Of a stretch of 64,000 nucleotides of DNA, positions 61,420-64,000 are shown piece by piece (the stretch's first letter is position 1; every line of letters starts with the position of its first letter). The notes beneath the pieces are model-generated. The model made no database searches. It was not told the DNA's origin and saw only the letters and a list, made by a program, of their open reading frames with translations. Position numbers and translations under genes: made by a program. Source of the DNA: Amoebophrya sp. A120 (Eukaryota; Protista; Dinoflagellata); the NCBI GenBank assembly GCA_905178155.1, contig CAJINV010000005.1, forward strand, positions 6,249,207-6,313,206, in the 5' to 3' direction.

Positions 61420-62650
61420 ACTTACCAGGCCCGCCCGCTGTAATCAGACAGAGCAAACAGCCCCGCCGGCGTCAAATTCAAAATCATACTAGGTGCGTGT
61501 GGGCCCATCTCTGCCCAGAGCAAACAAGAGAGAGAAAAGGTGCTCGCTGCCGGCAGAATGCGGCAGGCCCCAGCAGGGACGAAGACAGAAGCGGCGGGCG
61601 CCACGGCCGGTCGGCTAGAACCTGAAACACACGGGAGCCGCCCTCAACCCGCCGGCGCGTACGAGATGAACGAATGCGCACCCCCGGAGGGGCCGCGCCC
61701 GGCCCGGGCGGGGCGCGCGCAACGGGCCGGCCGGCGGGGGGGCAGCCATAGGATATTGCGGGCCACGCGGCCCGCCCGGCTCACAAACTTCCGCGGGCCC
61801 AGCCGCGCGCCCGCCGCCGGCCGGCCCGGCGTGCACAGTCAGCCAGCGGCCCGAGGGAGAGGCCAAGCGGGCGCAACGAAATTAATAACAACCGCTGCCC
61901 GGCGACCCGGCGCGCGCCGCGGAGGCGCTAGCGGGTGAACGCATGCAGCCAACGAGGGGGGGGGACGAGGCAGGGCCGGCGACAGACATGCATTCTCTGC
62001 AACACTCACTGCCAGCATCGCTCGCAACATTTGAATCGCGGCACTCAGCCAGCAGCCCTTTTCGTTCGGATTGTCGGGCCCCCCAGTTTCCCGCATGACC
62101 CGCTCGCAATCAAAACCACCCAGCAAAGGCGGCGGGCGGGTTTACTATCTAGGGCGGCGGCACGTTCTCCCGCGAGCGCCCCCTCGGAATTATCATGCTG
62201 GCCGACCAACGGGCGCGCGAGGCCACTCATCGGCCACATTGTGGCGCGACCGCCTCCCGCCTGCGCCCCTTTTTGAACCCGCAAGGAGGCCCGCCGGCGC
62301 AGGGCGCAGGCGGCGCGCGCCAGGAACTGCGCGACGGGAGGGAGGCCGGCCAGACGCGGCCCGCGCGCCACTCTCCGACGCGCCGGAGCGGGCCCGGCGG
62401 CCCCCTCTGTCTTCCATAGTTAGAAAAGCACCGGCGGGCGCCAATGTCTTTCTGTGCGCCGGGCGGGTCGCACGCCCCCGGGCGGCCTCTGAATGTTCGC
62501 GGCGGATCCAGCCCTGCTCGACGCAGCACCCGGCGCCGCCGCCCGTTGCTTGCACCGCGCGAAGCTCCCAGGGGCGCACTTCTACGGAAAAGCGCGCGCG
62601 CCCTTTGGCCGACAGCGCCGGGGCGAGCTTAGTGGTGGCCCTGCAGAGGC
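61420..62650. other. Second GC-rich intergenic island
   Basis: Same texture as 12000-13270: long C/G runs with surviving A/T homopolymers and no credible ORF. Confidence 0.4.
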
Positions 62651-63268
62651 ATGTGCTTATGAGTAGCTATCTGCGGGTAATGTTCCTGAAGCAGATTGGG
62701 CGCTGCGCCGTTGGCCAAGTTCCTAACTCGGACAAAACGCCTCTGGTACTAGTGGAAGAACACTTCAAACCGCACTAGCAGCTGTTCTTTTACATCCACA
62801 GCTGTTCTTTCGCAAGTCGTCTTCTACAACTCGACTTCTATCTTCTCAGATGGAGATGAATCCAATTTATTATTACTCGCTTGCGTTTTTTTCTTTTCAA
62901 AAAATCGTTAACGTCATCTTCGTCAGACTAACGCTACTATATTCAAAACATCAAGCAAAGGGAAGCTAAATTCTCAGACCTATTTCTATTTTCAGTAGCG
63001 TAAATTGGAGGGATTGCCTTTCTTCTAATTCCAGATCGAATGAGAGAGCAGTTGTACTGAGAGGTAGATAAGAATATTCGCTGCATTTCGCAAAAAAAAA
63101 GTTCACGAAGATACTTGGAGGACAAGCATGCTTCAAAAGATTTACTTCAGGTTCAGGAACATCAGCGCCATACAAAAATACATGCGAGAATGCGCTGCAG
63201 GGCATGATCATAATTCGAAATCTTCATAACGTCAAAGTCAAAGGTAACGAACAACGAGCTCCGGCTTT

Positions 63269-64000
63269 TTACAAATGAGAGACCCGACCCTCCTGCATCG
63301 CGGAACCAATGACGGTTTGCACCGCGGTAGCTGCAGAAGAACCCAAGTGGTCTGATGTACTACCCCCGCTCGTTCCTGTGGGCGCCAGCCATTCGCGGCG
63401 GACGGGCCGCTCAACTGCTGTGGCAATTGAGTCTGCGCCCTCTCCTTCAGCTGTATTCGACGAGATGAAGTTGTCAACACCTGTTGCTCCTTCTTGCACA
63501 GTAGTTTGACTTACTTGCATTGCATCCTCGCCTGACGTCGCTGCCATGTTTCTTCCTTCTAGTCCTGATGAGGAGAACTCGCCTTGATTTTCTACTCCTG
63601 TATTCTCCCCTGTAAAAATTGGCGGGCTCGGCACGGGATCATCACCAGCCCCACCAACACCCCCGGGGATAGGTGGCTGGATTGCTGTTGGCTGTAGCGA
63701 CGCAGCTGGCGAAGCAGTAGTAGAAACACCTGTCGGCTGCAAAATTGGGCGGGTCGTGCGTGTGGGTGGGAGCGGGGCGACAGCGAGGTGGTGGGGAGTT
63801 GTGGTACTAGGTGGCAAGAACGTTGTTCCGGCAACGGCCATTCTAGTATTTGTAGTTCCGCGGACCATTGGCCGCTGCTGCGTGAAACGGGAGGTCATCT
63901 GCTGGGGTTGTGCGTAAGGCGGGGCAAACCGCGGCGGCAGCTGGTGGTTCTGGGACGAGAGATAAGTCGCAGCGCCCACGTACTGTTGCTGCCTCGCATT
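63269..64000 (-). CDS. 3' end of a Pro/Thr/Gln-rich hypothetical protein (runs off the window)
   Basis: 236-aa ORF open to the window edge, on the same strand as all other genes. Confidence 0.6.
   Translation of the reverse strand, partial: NARQQQYVGAATYLSSQNHQLPPRFAPPYAQPQQMTSRFTQQRPMVRGTTNTRMAVAGTTFLPPSTTTPHHLAVAPLPPTRTTRPILQPTGVSTTASPAASLQPTAIQPPIPGGVGGAGDDPVPSPPIFTGENTGVENQGEFSSSGLEGRNMAATSGEDAMQVSQTTVQEGATGVDNFISSNTAEGEGADSIATAVERPVRREWLAPTGTSGGSTSDHLGSSAATAVQTVIGSAMQEGRVSHL

Noticed and set aside
1-64000. tRNA, rRNA, snRNA genes or an autonomous transposase
   Set aside because: None was recognisable by eye; a covariance-model or HMM search is needed to exclude them

Overview
Gene-dense eukaryotic (protist) DNA. 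About 14 protein-coding genes all lie on the minus strand. Recognisable products are a Qa-SNARE syntaxin, a Rad21/Rec8 kleisin, a SUV3 helicase, an ankyrin-repeat protein, a PP2C phosphatase and an Sds22-like LRR protein. The dominant signal is about 58 short elements (140-320 bp) with TA...TA termini and terminal inverted repeats (TIRs), each flanked by a 5-bp direct repeat (DR). They fall into about 9 TIR families, occur in either orientation, and sit only inside coding sequence. Removing an element plus one DR restores the reading frame at the junctions I translated, yet most cannot be read as GT-AG introns. They look like transposon-derived non-canonical introns (introners). This architecture matches what I recall being reported for the parasitic dinoflagellate Amoebophrya; the organism is an inference. 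All families share an internal TGTNATGC/GCATNACA motif with fixed spacings (31-bp tandem, or inverted pairs 7-8 bp apart), and the motif also appears in the window's ordinary GT-AG introns. Other features are a 52-bp-period palindrome array fused to a 151-bp satellite (36.3-38.4 kb, possibly inside one intron) and two GC-rich intergenic islands. All coordinates were read by eye and may be off by a few bases.
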